DNA of 64,000 bases from Thermodesulfobacteriota bacterium (GCA_965203965.1 CBDBDR010000017.1:1344001-1408000), one strand, 5' to 3'; counted from the first letter of the stretch, positions 1 to 10,271 are shown. Notes: a model not told the origin generated them from the letters alone. Numbers and translations are program-made.

Positions 1-285
1 TCCGTTGAACTCACCTCTGGTTAGGGCAAAAACTGCGACAGCGTGCTTTTGAACCATCTGTTTTTCATTATTTCTAGTTCTGATGTGCTTATCTTTCGTA
101 ATTACGATCCAACCTTTTCTACCTACACATTCTAACCATTCTTCATCTTTTGTCTGTGGGGCAAAATGGTCATCGTGGATTTCAACTTTCAAACCTTTAC
201 TTTTCAAGTAGTTTGGAATGTCATATCTTCCTAATGATCTGTCAATGAAGAACGTTGTATTCTCAAGCTGCTTTTTGTAGTCCAA
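1..285 (-). CDS. VapC45-like PIN-domain toxin (partial, runs off the left end)
   Basis: Absent from the ORF track. Manual translation gives ...NTTFFIDRSLGRYDIPNYLKSKGLKVEIHDDHFAPQTKDEEWLECVGRKGWIVITKDKHIR..., with the FFxDxSLG, DEEWL and GWxxxTKDxxIR motifs of the VapC45 PIN family. Probable TTG start overlaps the 3' end of the upstream DUF433 gene. Confidence 0.8.
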   Translation of the reverse strand, partial: MDYKKQLENTTFFIDRSLGRYDIPNYLKSKGLKVEIHDDHFAPQTKDEEWLECVGRKGWIVITKDKHIRTRNNEKQMVQKHAVAVFALTRGEFNG

Positions 286-943
286 GTTCAAACCTTATTG
301 CTTCTAACACTTCGTCATCACCTACTCCGTAATCACCGGCAAGATGTTCGGGGGTTTCACCGGCTTGCAGTCGTTCGGCAATTATATCTGTAGGTATGTT
401 TCTTTCGGCTAATACAGGTCTGCCAAAATAGATGTTCGGGTCAATAAATATAGATTTGGGCTCGTTTGGGTGTCCTGTTCTGCTGAATGGATACAACCTT
501 ATTGGCACTCCAAGTTTATTCCTGTCTACCCTTTTTAGATACGTGTTAAGCTCTTTTAATGCGAGCTGACCGGGATTAGAGGTAACGTCTATCAATACTC
601 CGGATTCATTTAAAAACAGCTTTATGCCATCCGTTGCAAATTCTTTTTCAATTAGTGGTGTAGGAGAATCAAATTTTTCTTTAACGTATTCTAAAGCCAA
701 TCGCATTTTCTGCATGGAAAGGTGAAATTTTCTGGTTATGGAATGAAGCACAAAAACTTCAACTAAATTATAGAAGGACAGTAACGGTGGTTTTTTCTGG
801 GAAATGGATATTAAAGGCTCAAAGTTTTGTTGTCCACTGCACCATGCACGGGCAGTAGAGTAAGGTAATCTCAGGTAATGAGAAACCTCTTTAATGTTAT
901 AATTTGGTAATTTTTTTATATCATTTTTACTCATAATGTCCAC
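263..943 (-). CDS. DUF433-containing antitoxin (VapB45-like: N-terminal HTH, C-terminal DUF433)
   Basis: N-terminal HTH-like segment YNIKEVSHYLRLPYSTARAW, LSFYNLVE motif, C-terminal IDPNIYFGRPV...LAGDYGV...EAIRFE. Directly upstream of the PIN gene. Confidence 0.85.
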   Translation of the reverse strand: MDIMSKNDIKKLPNYNIKEVSHYLRLPYSTARAWCSGQQNFEPLISISQKKPPLLSFYNLVEVFVLHSITRKFHLSMQKMRLALEYVKEKFDSPTPLIEKEFATDGIKLFLNESGVLIDVTSNPGQLALKELNTYLKRVDRNKLGVPIRLYPFSRTGHPNEPKSIFIDPNIYFGRPVLAERNIPTDIIAERLQAGETPEHLAGDYGVGDDEVLEAIRFELGLQKAA

Positions 944-1005
944 TTTTAGCCATTTTCAACAAAACATACACGTTTTATCGTCGGAAAAAAAGAAGAGAGA
1001 TAACC

Positions 1006-4000
1006 TCAGATCTCAACCTCTCCATAAACCCCATCAATTTCCTTCTGAACCTCAATAGTCTTTTTAATTATGGTTGCAATTTTGCAGTAGTGTTTGATGT
1101 CGTCTAAAGATAGGCGGCGTTTCTTTCTGTCTTTTAGCCATTTGTTGCAAACCTGATAACCACCTATTTGGTATTCGTAAACTTTCGGTTCTATGCCTTC
1201 AAAGTATTGAGTTTTGTTTATGTGTATTTTGTTTTCCTTGTATGAAATTTTTTCAACCATCAAATCCCCTTCGCCTTGAAATTTGGCGATTGGATTATCC
1301 AGCTCGTTTGATCTCATCAGGTGAAGGTTTACAAGTTGTTCTCCCAGCTCTGCCATTTTGCTAAAAATTTTATGATCTTTGGCAAAGGGAATTCGTGGAA
1401 AATCTGTTTTTAGAAATTCGGCATATTTGGTGCGGTAGGTTTTGGAGTAGAGAACGGAGTAGATGTAATAAAAGATCTCTTCTGGTGATAAATCTTTTTT
1501 ATAAGTTGTGCATAGGTTTTTATAAACTTCTGATCTTATGTTTGGAGTTTTGGTTGTGTTGTTATCTAATATGGAGAATAGTGATTCTTTTTTCATATTT
1601 GTATATTGGTAAAGTGGAAAAAGTGACTCACTTCCTTTATTGTCAGAGCGGATTACCCCATCTGAGATTACTGAATTAGTGACAAAAAAGTAATTACACT
1701 CTCTGCTTGGTAACATTTGTCTTCTGGAAATTAACCCAATATTATCCATCAACATGTGTTGCATGATTTCTTTTCTTGAACGTTCTACAAGTGCATCATG
1801 GCAAAAAATCCATTGTTTATCAAAAGGTCTGTATGAGATTTCCGTTATTTTTTCTTCCCAATCTTCATCGTTTATTACTTCTTTCCGTGCTTCACTTAAT
1901 TTCCAATTAGAGTTGTCTTTCAGGTTAAAAGTCTGCATGATGATTTCGTCGGTTAAGTTCTTATTTCTGACCATCCTTATTCGTCTTTTTAAACTTTCCT
2001 TATCACTATCAATAACGAGTTTGTCCCTTGCGGTAACAATCCCCACGCTGCTAATATCAAATATTTCAGTAACGGGTATGAATTTCTCGTAATTTTCCAG
2101 TAACTCCTCATCTCTTGGAACAAACAGATAGTGTTCAGATCTTGGGTTGATAGTTTTATAGTCGGTTGTTTTTAAGTCATTACTTTCAAGCCATTTGTAT
2201 TTACTCTCTCTTAATCCCCATAATTCAGAGTGGTTTATCTTGGATTCTGTTTTTTGATCTTTTGTTTTGACAAAAAGAGCTATTGCAACCCCCTGTCTAA
2301 TATCAAAGACGTTCTCATCTTTTGAGCCATCGGGACATTTCTCTCTTTTCAAACTGTTTCCATGCAGGTCTAAAATATGTATCTCGTCAAAACTCCGCAT
2401 TAGTGACTCTCGCATTCCTCTGAAAGTAGGATTGTCCAGATAGCTGTGGTTTGTTATAAACCCCAGCACGCCTTCGCCTGCCTTGTCAATTTTCCACTGT
2501 GCAAACCTTATGAATTTCACGTAATCATCCTGAAGCCACTTTGGATTTTTCTCGTTTAAGGATTTCCCATCTACCGTGTAGTAGCTACTTTCATTTGCAG
2601 TTGCATCTTCTTCAGAACCTTTTTTCAAAAGATTGTCTATCCATTTGCTTTTATTTGCCGAATGACCTGAATAAGGCGGATTGCCAAGAACTACCAAGAT
2701 CGGTTGGTCTTTTTTCACGGTGCTTGCAAGCTGGGATTCCTTTGAAAGTGAAGAAAGACCGGGAAAGTCCGTTTGTTCAAACACTTCCATATCAAGTGTG
2801 TTTGTAAGGTATAACTTAAACCTGTCATCAGGTTGCAATTTGTATCCAAGTTCCTCAAGAAGGAATGACATTTTCAGATGTCCGACTGCGTAAGGAGCCA
2901 TCATAAGCTCAAGTGCATAAAAGTTGTTAAGAATATGCTCTTTTATAAAATTACCTTTTCCTCCATCTCCGTATTTTGATACAAATTCATCAACGGCAAC
3001 TTTTGCAGCCTCTGCAAGGAAGGTAAGAGTTCCTGCTGCGGGGTCTAATACGGTTACAGAAGGGTCGGCAAATCCTTCTTTTTTGCCGAATTTTTCCTTG
3101 AGAATAGCGTTTAGTGATCTCACTATGTATGACACCACAGGTTCGGGCGTGTAGTAAACTCCTCGCTTCTCCCGTGTTTCAGGGTCGTATTTATTAAGAA
3201 AGGTTTCGTAAAAATGTATGATCGGATCTTTTCCTCTACCATGATGGAAATAATCTTGAAGTATTTTGTTCACGTCAGTTACAGCAAGAATTTCAGAAAT
3301 ATCATCAATTATCCATTCCATCTGTTTTGGAATACTACCCATAGACACATATTGGAAAACATCTCTCAGAATGCCGATCGTTGGCGGTATAGAGTCGTAA
3401 GCGAGTTTCCTGTTAAAATCCTCTTTTGCTCGTGTCCTTGCTGCAAACAGTCCGTAGGTAATTGTTTGTGAATAGAGATCGCCAAAATCTTTTTCGGTTA
3501 GGTTTGTAACCAGATAATTTTTGAAAGCCTCGTAAAAACCGTGAATGGAATTTACTTCATTTTTTCCCAATTCCTCATTAACAACCTCGTCCCTTAAAAA
3601 TTTTGTCCTCTTGGCAAGCTCTTCGGCAAGTGCTCCTGCGTTCCTGATGTGAGGTAAGGAAAAAGAGAAGAATTTATCCAGTAGGTCAAGAAATTCTTCT
3701 TCATTTTGAATTGGGGGCTTTGTGTGCAATTTTCTCAATATTGCGTGGTGGGCAATTACTGCCTTCTCCGTAAGAATTCCATTCCTGTAAAGCCTGAATT
3801 CAAGAAAGTTTGTCAGGATCACATTTGGAAACGTTGATAAATACCTTTTTAATTGTTCAGAGGTTTCTATTTGGTCAAGGTTTGTAACGTCTGGTGATTT
3901 TGCCTCAATATATCCGATGACTTTTTGCTTCCCATCCCAAATCCTAAAATCCGGGTTGCCAGCTTCGGTCTTCTCAGGAAGTGTTGTTACATTAAAGCCT

Positions 4001-4122
4001 ATTTTGTTAATTGATCTGGCATATTGCTTCAAAAACTCCTCTAAAGTAGAGTAATAGGATTCTTCTCTGGCATCTCCCCGTGTGTAAGTTTCATAAATAC
4101 TTGAAATGTAATCTTTAAGCAT
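1006..4122 (-). CDS. Single-chain restriction-modification enzyme (PD-(D/E)xK nuclease, N6-adenine methyltransferase, type ISP-like C-terminal specificity domain); type IIG/IIL-like
   Basis: N-terminal PDF...IEAK...QLKRY nuclease motif, GVYYTP, motif I VLDPAAGT, motif IV GNPPYS, C-terminal YRPFD...DFPRIP...GGYQVCNKWLKDR. No helicase motifs seen. Confidence 0.85.
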   Translation of the reverse strand: MLKDYISSIYETYTRGDAREESYYSTLEEFLKQYARSINKIGFNVTTLPEKTEAGNPDFRIWDGKQKVIGYIEAKSPDVTNLDQIETSEQLKRYLSTFPNVILTNFLEFRLYRNGILTEKAVIAHHAILRKLHTKPPIQNEEEFLDLLDKFFSFSLPHIRNAGALAEELAKRTKFLRDEVVNEELGKNEVNSIHGFYEAFKNYLVTNLTEKDFGDLYSQTITYGLFAARTRAKEDFNRKLAYDSIPPTIGILRDVFQYVSMGSIPKQMEWIIDDISEILAVTDVNKILQDYFHHGRGKDPIIHFYETFLNKYDPETREKRGVYYTPEPVVSYIVRSLNAILKEKFGKKEGFADPSVTVLDPAAGTLTFLAEAAKVAVDEFVSKYGDGGKGNFIKEHILNNFYALELMMAPYAVGHLKMSFLLEELGYKLQPDDRFKLYLTNTLDMEVFEQTDFPGLSSLSKESQLASTVKKDQPILVVLGNPPYSGHSANKSKWIDNLLKKGSEEDATANESSYYTVDGKSLNEKNPKWLQDDYVKFIRFAQWKIDKAGEGVLGFITNHSYLDNPTFRGMRESLMRSFDEIHILDLHGNSLKREKCPDGSKDENVFDIRQGVAIALFVKTKDQKTESKINHSELWGLRESKYKWLESNDLKTTDYKTINPRSEHYLFVPRDEELLENYEKFIPVTEIFDISSVGIVTARDKLVIDSDKESLKRRIRMVRNKNLTDEIIMQTFNLKDNSNWKLSEARKEVINDEDWEEKITEISYRPFDKQWIFCHDALVERSRKEIMQHMLMDNIGLISRRQMLPSRECNYFFVTNSVISDGVIRSDNKGSESLFPLYQYTNMKKESLFSILDNNTTKTPNIRSEVYKNLCTTYKKDLSPEEIFYYIYSVLYSKTYRTKYAEFLKTDFPRIPFAKDHKIFSKMAELGEQLVNLHLMRSNELDNPIAKFQGEGDLMVEKISYKENKIHINKTQYFEGIEPKVYEYQIGGYQVCNKWLKDRKKRRLSLDDIKHYCKIATIIKKTIEVQKEIDGVYGEVEI

Positions 4123-4146
4123 GTGATCGGTTGTGTTTTATTTTAA

Positions 4147-4220
4147 TAGGCGATGGGGGATTCGAACCCCCGACCTCTGGCTCCGGAGGCCAGCGCTCTG
4201 ATCCACTGAGCTAATCGCCC
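4147..4220 (-). tRNA. tRNA-Arg(CCG), CCA not encoded
   Basis: Reverse complement GGGCGAT TAGCTCAGTGGATCAGAGC G CTGGC CTCCGGA GCCAG AGGTC GGGGG TTCGAAT CCCCC ATCGCCT A folds as a full cloverleaf with anticodon CCG and the A20 arginine identity base. Confidence 0.96.
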
Positions 4221-5002
4221 GAAGTTTTTAATTGTAGTTCCTTCATTACCAGTTTCATATCTTCCCATACGGGCTTTTTGAAATTAGGATTTCTCAGGAT
4301 CGCCGCAGGATGATATGTTATCATCAACTTGGAATTGCCGTATTCATGGAACTGTCCCCTCATATCTGACATGCGGAGATTTTTTATCTTGAGCAACAGG
4401 CTCGTTGCAACACTTCCAAGACACACCACTATCTCCGGATCTATAGACCTGATCTGTTTCAGTAAAAATGGTTCACATGCTGCCACTTCATCAGCTTCGG
4501 GATTTCTGTTGTCGGGAGGTCTGCACTTTACAACGTTGCATATATACACGTCCTTCCTGCTTAAACCCATTGCCTCAATAATTTTGGTCAGTAGTTTGCC
4601 TGCTCTTCCGACAAATGGCTTACCCTGAATATCTTCATCCCTGCCAGGACCCTCTCCTACAAATACAAGTCTCGCATTCGGATTGCCGTCCCCAAATACA
4701 ATATTATTTCTGCCTTCGTGGAGTTTGCATCTTGTGCATTCACCGAGTTCGTTTTCTATTTCCTCAAGTGTTTGCTTTGTTCTTGATTCAAAAATGTCCG
4801 GCTGGTCTACAATTTTTATCGTTCTTTTATTCTCCATTGCTTTGATTTCCTCTTGGGGAAAATGATTGACTTGTTCAAGCGGTTTTTTTGTTGGTTTGTC
4901 AATTAACACTCTTCCAGTCCCTATCTGTTTCTGATAGTTTAAATATGCCCTGAAATATTTGAGAATATTAAGTAACTCACGTTCGTGGTTCATGGTATTC
5001 AC
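4211..5002 (-). CDS. Uracil-DNA glycosylase, family 4 (4Fe-4S), with N-terminal extension
   Basis: CTRCKL, GEGPG...PFVG, NVVKCRPP.NR.P and TYHPAAILR motifs. Start is GTG 5002 or ATG 4993. Confidence 0.93.
   Translation of the reverse strand: MNTMNHERELLNILKYFRAYLNYQKQIGTGRVLIDKPTKKPLEQVNHFPQEEIKAMENKRTIKIVDQPDIFESRTKQTLEEIENELGECTRCKLHEGRNNIVFGDGNPNARLVFVGEGPGRDEDIQGKPFVGRAGKLLTKIIEAMGLSRKDVYICNVVKCRPPDNRNPEADEVAACEPFLLKQIRSIDPEIVVCLGSVATSLLLKIKNLRMSDMRGQFHEYGNSKLMITYHPAAILRNPNFKKPVWEDMKLVMKELQLKTSGD
4231..4236 (-). promoter_or_regulatory. Putative -10 element (TACAAT) for the tRNA, embedded in the UDG coding region
   Basis: TACAAT lies 10 nt before the tRNA 5' end, with a weak -35 (ATGAAA) at a 16-nt spacer. 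Confidence 0.4.
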
Positions 5003-5087
5003 GGCGATTTGTTTGCAACTGGATTGGCTTTATTTAAAATAGTTGTTCCAGTTCAATTTAATTATCTGTTTTTGATTTGCTCCTCCA

Positions 5088-5093
5088 TAAAAT
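5088..5093 (+). promoter_or_regulatory. Putative -10 (TAAAAT) for leaderless leuS
   Basis: TAAAAT-accacag-ATG (7 nt); no SD sequence. Confidence 0.5.
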
Positions 5094-5100
5094 ACCACAG

Positions 5101-7563
5101 ATGAAAAAAGATTATAACCCTCAGGAAATAGAGCAAAAATGGCAAGAGGAGTGGGAAAGCAGTGAAGTATTCCGTGCACGGGAGCTTAACGGTGGAGAAA
5201 AATATTACGTTCTTGAAATGTTTCCCTATCCCTCAGGCAGGATACACATGGGGCACGTGCGGAATTACACAATAGGGGATGTTATTGCACGGTATAAAAG
5301 GGCACAGGGATATAATGTTCTTCACCCAATAGGGTGGGATGCTTTTGGATTACCTGCTGAAAATGCTGCGATCCAGAATCGGGTGCATCCTTCCAAATGG
5401 ACCTATGAAAATATCTCCCAGATGAGAAAGCAGCTCAAAAGGCTTGGATTCAGCTACGATTGGTCAAGAGAGTTTGCAACCTGCGACCCTGATTATTACA
5501 AGTGGGAGCAGTGGTTGTTTACAAGACTTTACAAAGAGGGGTTGGTCTATAAAAAAACTTCTTACGTAAATTGGGACCCTGTTGACCAGACTGTGCTTGC
5601 CAATGAGCAGGTTATAGATGGAAGAGGTTGGAGATCGGGAGCCATTGTAGAAAGAAAGGAAATTCCGCAGTGGTTTTTAAAGATCACAAACTATGCCAAT
5701 GAGTTGCTGGAAGGACTTGAAAAACTCCCGGGATGGCCTGAAGCCGTAAAGACAATGCAATCAAATTGGATAGGCAGGTCAGTGGGAGTTGAAGTGGCAT
5801 TCAGTATAAAAGGTATGGATCACGAATTGGCAATATATACCACGCGTCCCGATACTATAATGGGTGTTACTTATCTCGCAGTTGCGCCGGAGCATCCTCT
5901 TGCAAAAATGGTTGCGCAGAGCAATGAAGAAGTATCAGCATTCATTAATGATTGCGTAAAATCCACTGTTTCCGAAGCTAATACGGAGATCTTAGAAAAA
6001 AAAGGACTGCCTCTTGATATTATAGCAATTCATCCCGTGAGCGGGGAAGATATCCCTGTTTACGTTGCCAATTTTGTATTGATGAGCTACGGCACGGGCA
6101 CGGTGATGTCAGTTCCAGCGCATGACCAGAGGGACTGGGAGTTTGCAAAAAAATATGGACTTGGCATGAAGCAGGTTATTTTTCCAAAAGACGGCAGTGA
6201 GATCAGTATTGAAGAAGGGGCTTATATTGAAAAAGGTATATTGAAAAACTCGGGTCAGTTTGATGGACAGACCTCCGTGCAGGCATTTGAGTCAATAGCA
6301 GAATATTTTGAGAAAGAAGGTAAGGGGAAAAAGAGATTGAACTATAGGCTCAGAGATTGGGGAATTTCCAGACAGAGGTATTGGGGTGCACCGATACCGA
6401 TCATCTATTGTGATAAATGTGGAGAGGTGCCGGTGCCGGATGATCAGTTGCCCGTTGAGTTGCCCATGGATATTGATACAAGCGATTCTGAAATTCCATC
6501 GCTGTCAAAAATTGAGAATTTTAAGAAAACCAAATGTCCAAAATGCAAAAGTAGTGCTGAAAGAGAGACCGATACTATGGATACGTTTGTTGAGTCTTCA
6601 TGGTATTTTCTACGTTACGCTTCCCCAGATTACACGGAAGGTATGTTTGACAGTTCCAAAGTTGATTACTGGCTTCCGGTTGACCATTACATTGGTGGGA
6701 TAGAGCATGCAATACTGCACCTGCTTTACTCGCGATTTTTCACCAGAGCTACAAGGGATATTGGTTTGCTCAGCCTAGATGAGCCATTTGAAAATCTTCT
6801 GACACAGGGAATGGTGATTAAAGACGGTGCTAAGATGTCCAAATCGCTCGGCAACGTTGTTGATCCGGATGATATGATAAAAAAATATGGTGCTGATACG
6901 GTGAGGATCTTTATGCTTTTTGCAGCTCCCGTGAGCAGGGAACTTGAGTGGAGTGACGAGGGAATTGAAGGAGGTTTTAGATTTCTGGGAAGAATCTGGA
7001 GATTGATACGGGATAAGATGGAAGAAACTGTGACAATCTCAGGTGAGGCTGATCATCAAGGTGAGTTATCCAGAGAGTCAAAATTGATCTTAACTAAAAC
7101 CCACCAAACAATAAAAAAAGTAACGCGAGACTTTGACAGGTTTCAGTTTAATACTGCGATTGCAGCTATGATGGAGCTTGTAAACGAGCTTTACAAAACG
7201 GAGTTGAATGATGACGTTAGCAAAGAGACTTTCAGGTTTTCAGTTGACTCATTGATAAGGCTTTTGTATCCAATAGCGCCTCATATTGCAGAGGAATTGT
7301 GGCAGTTAACGGGGCATAAGAAAAGCCTTTTTGACACCAAGTGGTTAAGTTGGGATGAAGCACTGACACAGTCTGATAAAATCAGCATGGTAGTTCAAGT
7401 AAATGGGAAGGTCCGAAGCCAAGTCCAAATGGACCCAGGGTCCGGCAGAGAGCAGATGGAGCAAGCTGCACTGAATGATGATAAGGTGTTGAACTATATA
7501 GAAGGCAGGAAAATTCGCAAAATAGTAGTTGTTCCTAAGAAGCTTGTTAATATTGTTGTCTGA
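5101..7563 (+). CDS. leuS: Leucine--tRNA ligase
   Basis: MFPYPSG.IHMGH (HIGH), KMSKS and editing domain TTRPDT. ATG 5101 preferred over TTG 5077. Confidence 0.98.
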   Translation: MKKDYNPQEIEQKWQEEWESSEVFRARELNGGEKYYVLEMFPYPSGRIHMGHVRNYTIGDVIARYKRAQGYNVLHPIGWDAFGLPAENAAIQNRVHPSKWTYENISQMRKQLKRLGFSYDWSREFATCDPDYYKWEQWLFTRLYKEGLVYKKTSYVNWDPVDQTVLANEQVIDGRGWRSGAIVERKEIPQWFLKITNYANELLEGLEKLPGWPEAVKTMQSNWIGRSVGVEVAFSIKGMDHELAIYTTRPDTIMGVTYLAVAPEHPLAKMVAQSNEEVSAFINDCVKSTVSEANTEILEKKGLPLDIIAIHPVSGEDIPVYVANFVLMSYGTGTVMSVPAHDQRDWEFAKKYGLGMKQVIFPKDGSEISIEEGAYIEKGILKNSGQFDGQTSVQAFESIAEYFEKEGKGKKRLNYRLRDWGISRQRYWGAPIPIIYCDKCGEVPVPDDQLPVELPMDIDTSDSEIPSLSKIENFKKTKCPKCKSSAERETDTMDTFVESSWYFLRYASPDYTEGMFDSSKVDYWLPVDHYIGGIEHAILHLLYSRFFTRATRDIGLLSLDEPFENLLTQGMVIKDGAKMSKSLGNVVDPDDMIKKYGADTVRIFMLFAAPVSRELEWSDEGIEGGFRFLGRIWRLIRDKMEETVTISGEADHQGELSRESKLILTKTHQTIKKVTRDFDRFQFNTAIAAMMELVNELYKTELNDDVSKETFRFSVDSLIRLLYPIAPHIAEELWQLTGHKKSLFDTKWLSWDEALTQSDKISMVVQVNGKVRSQVQMDPGSGREQMEQAALNDDKVLNYIEGRKIRKIVVVPKKLVNIVV

Positions 7564-7587
7564 AATTCTTAAATTCAAGAGTGGTAA

Positions 7588-8643
7588 ATGTCAGATTATT
7601 GTAAGAAAAGAGTAACGGCAATAGAAGTGGAGCCGGGTAAGTCTGTTTCTGACCTTTTAGCTGATATGTCAAAAACAGGATTTCAGGGGAAATCCTTAGC
7701 GAGGGTTGTGGACGTGTTTGAAAGTATGATAAATGACCTTGATACAACGATTTTTTTCGGTTACGCAGGTTCATTGTCAACAACGGGGCAGTGGAAGATA
7801 GTGAACTGGTTAATTGAAAACAGAATAATTGACGTGCTTATACCCACCGGGGCAAATATCTCCGAGGACATTGTTGAGGCAATGGGACATGAGTATTGGC
7901 AGGGCAGCCACAGGTCGGATGATACTGAGTTGTTCAAGGTTGGACTTAACAGGTATTACGATGTGTATGGTAGGGAAACTGATTACCTTGAAATGACGGA
8001 ACTTATTGCTAAATTTATAGTGACACTTGATGAAAAAGAAAACTATTCTTCCAGAAAATTTTTAAGACTGTTTGGCGAATGGTTGAGCAAAAGAAATATA
8101 AAAAGCATTGTTGCAACGGCGGCTGAGAACAATGTGCCGATATTCTGTCCTGCTATTGCAGACAGTCCTTATGGTGATGCAGCTTTAATAGCAAACAGTA
8201 GGGGATTTAATTTAACTATAGATGCCATAAAAGACTATGTGGAGTTTATGAAAATGGCTGAAAACGTGACCGATACAGGTGTGGTCTATATTGGTGGAGG
8301 GGTCCCGAAAGATTTTATACAACTTTTTGCGGTTACAAGTGATCTACTTTATAAAAACCGCTATGTTCCAAATAGGGAGCGTGGGTTGACAAGGGAAAAC
8401 GTTGGAGATTCAGAAACCTACTACCCGCATAAATATGCTATACAAATAACCACTGATTCCCCTCAGTGGGGTGGGCTTTCAGGATGCACGTTTGAGGAGG
8501 CAATTTCATGGGGTAAGGAGAAGGAGGATGGCGGAGGGATTGTACAGTGCTACTGTGACGCAACAATAGCGCTTCCGATTATTTCTCAGGCGATTGCCGA
8601 AAGGGTAAAAAATCCGAAAAGAGGGAAAAATTTCAACTTTTGA
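7588..8643 (+). CDS. Deoxyhypusine synthase-like protein (homospermidine synthase-type candidate)
   Basis: GFQG, TGAN.SED, PIFCPAIADS, IGGGVPKD, GGLSGCTFEEAISWGK (catalytic Lys retained), CDATIALP. Confidence 0.9.
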   Translation: MSDYCKKRVTAIEVEPGKSVSDLLADMSKTGFQGKSLARVVDVFESMINDLDTTIFFGYAGSLSTTGQWKIVNWLIENRIIDVLIPTGANISEDIVEAMGHEYWQGSHRSDDTELFKVGLNRYYDVYGRETDYLEMTELIAKFIVTLDEKENYSSRKFLRLFGEWLSKRNIKSIVATAAENNVPIFCPAIADSPYGDAALIANSRGFNLTIDAIKDYVEFMKMAENVTDTGVVYIGGGVPKDFIQLFAVTSDLLYKNRYVPNRERGLTRENVGDSETYYPHKYAIQITTDSPQWGGLSGCTFEEAISWGKEKEDGGGIVQCYCDATIALPIISQAIAERVKNPKRGKNFNF

Positions 8644-8679
8644 TTTTTAACTTTTATTTTAATTTGGGGGTTTTGTAAA

Positions 8680-9441
8680 ATGAGACTTGATGGAAAAACT
8701 GCTTTGATAACTGGTGGAAGCGAGGGAATTGGAAGGGCGACCGCTATTCTTTTTTGCAAAGAAGGAGCGAAGGTCGGAATTATGTCTAGAACTCTGAGAA
8801 ATCTGAAAAATGTTGTTTCAGAGACAGAAGGGTGTGGAGAGATTCAGGCGTTTGTGGGTGATGTTTCAAATGAAGAAGACGTCAAAAGAGTTGTGAGCGA
8901 TTTTTATAAAAAATTCGGCAAAATTGATATTCTTTTCAACAACGCCGGAATACTTGAAGGTGGAACAGTTGTTACAACCTCAAATGATGTTTGGGACAGA
9001 ACAATTAATATAAACGTGAAAGGGGTTTTTCTTATGAGCAAGCACGTTGTTCCGCTAATGGCAAAGCACGGTGGTGGGTCGGTAATTAACAACTCAAGCG
9101 TTCTCGGAATTGTGGGCATGGAGGACTGTGTTGCTTATAACGCCTCAAAAGGGGCAGTCAGGCAGATTACAAAAAGCATGGCACTTGATCATGCAAAGGA
9201 AAGTATAAGGGTTAATTCCGTCTGTCCAGGATACATAAAAACAAAAATGGACGTTGAATTTATGGGAAATCCACCTGATGCCGAAGAGAAACTTGATGAG
9301 ATTGCGGCGGGGATGATCCCCCTTGTCAGAAGGGCGGAGCCTCTTGAGGTTGCGCAGTCAGTTCTTTTTCTCGCTTCGGATGAGTCAAAATATATAACAG
9401 GTTCCGATCTTGTGATTGACGGTGGTTGGACGGTTTTGTAG
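8680..9441 (+). CDS. Classical SDR-family oxidoreductase
   Basis: TGGSEGIG, NNAG, YNASK, IRVNSVCPG, ITGSDLVIDGG. Confidence 0.93.
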   Translation: MRLDGKTALITGGSEGIGRATAILFCKEGAKVGIMSRTLRNLKNVVSETEGCGEIQAFVGDVSNEEDVKRVVSDFYKKFGKIDILFNNAGILEGGTVVTTSNDVWDRTININVKGVFLMSKHVVPLMAKHGGGSVINNSSVLGIVGMEDCVAYNASKGAVRQITKSMALDHAKESIRVNSVCPGYIKTKMDVEFMGNPPDAEEKLDEIAAGMIPLVRRAEPLEVAQSVLFLASDESKYITGSDLVIDGGWTVL

Positions 9442-9640
9442 TTCGCTTTTTTATCTCGTAAAGTCAACTATATAAAACAAGAAAATACATTGAGTGGCTT
9501 GTGGATGGGTTTTATGAGGAAATCCTGAGCAATATTTTTATAGGTTTTATTTTCACTGATATTGTAAAAATAAATCTTGAAGGGCATAAGCCGATTAAGG
9601 TTCTGGAGTATTTTATAAAACTTACTTTGTTTGTGTCTCT

Positions 9641-10264
9641 TTACTGTATTTTATCTACAAGCTGACGAGTAGCTTTCTCTGTGTCTTTTTTCCCGAATAT
9701 TGCCGTAATTACAGCAATTCCATCAACGCCGGTTTTGAGGATTCTTTCCGCATTTTCGGGAATTATTCCGCCGATTGCAAAGACCGGGATTTTCAGTTTT
9801 TTTTTCGCCTGAATTAAAGTTTCCAAAGGCGTTGGGATTCTCTCGGGTTTTGTCGGAGTGAAATAAGGCGTTCCAAAAGCAGCGTAGTTCGCTCCCGCAT
9901 TTTCAGCGTTTATTCCCCTTTGAATTTCTCCGTAGCAGGAAACACCTATTATTGCGTTTTTGCCGAGAATTTTTCTCGCTTCTTCAACTGAAGCATCATC
10001 TCTGCCGAGGTGAACACCGCCTGCGCCGATGGCTTTTGCAATTTTTGGGCAGTCGTTGATTATAAGGGGAACATTGTATTTTTTAGTTATGCTCAACATT
10101 TTTTTCCCCAGAGATATTATTTCACTTGCGTTTTTATTTTTTTCTCTTAATTGAACTATGGTTGCCCCTCCTCTTATGGCGGATTCTACTATGCTGAGAA
10201 AATTCTCACTTTCTATCAGGTTTTCGTCGGTGATAACATATAATCCGTGCAATATGGCTCCCAT
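9641..10264 (-). CDS. thiE: Thiamine-phosphate synthase
   Basis: LYVITD, VQLREK, LIIND, GVHLG.DD, IIGVSC, TPTK, AIGGI. ATG 10264 preferred. Confidence 0.93.
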   Translation of the reverse strand: MGAILHGLYVITDENLIESENFLSIVESAIRGGATIVQLREKNKNASEIISLGKKMLSITKKYNVPLIINDCPKIAKAIGAGGVHLGRDDASVEEARKILGKNAIIGVSCYGEIQRGINAENAGANYAAFGTPYFTPTKPERIPTPLETLIQAKKKLKIPVFAIGGIIPENAERILKTGVDGIAVITAIFGKKDTEKATRQLVDKIQ

Positions 10265-10271
10265 CTGTGCA

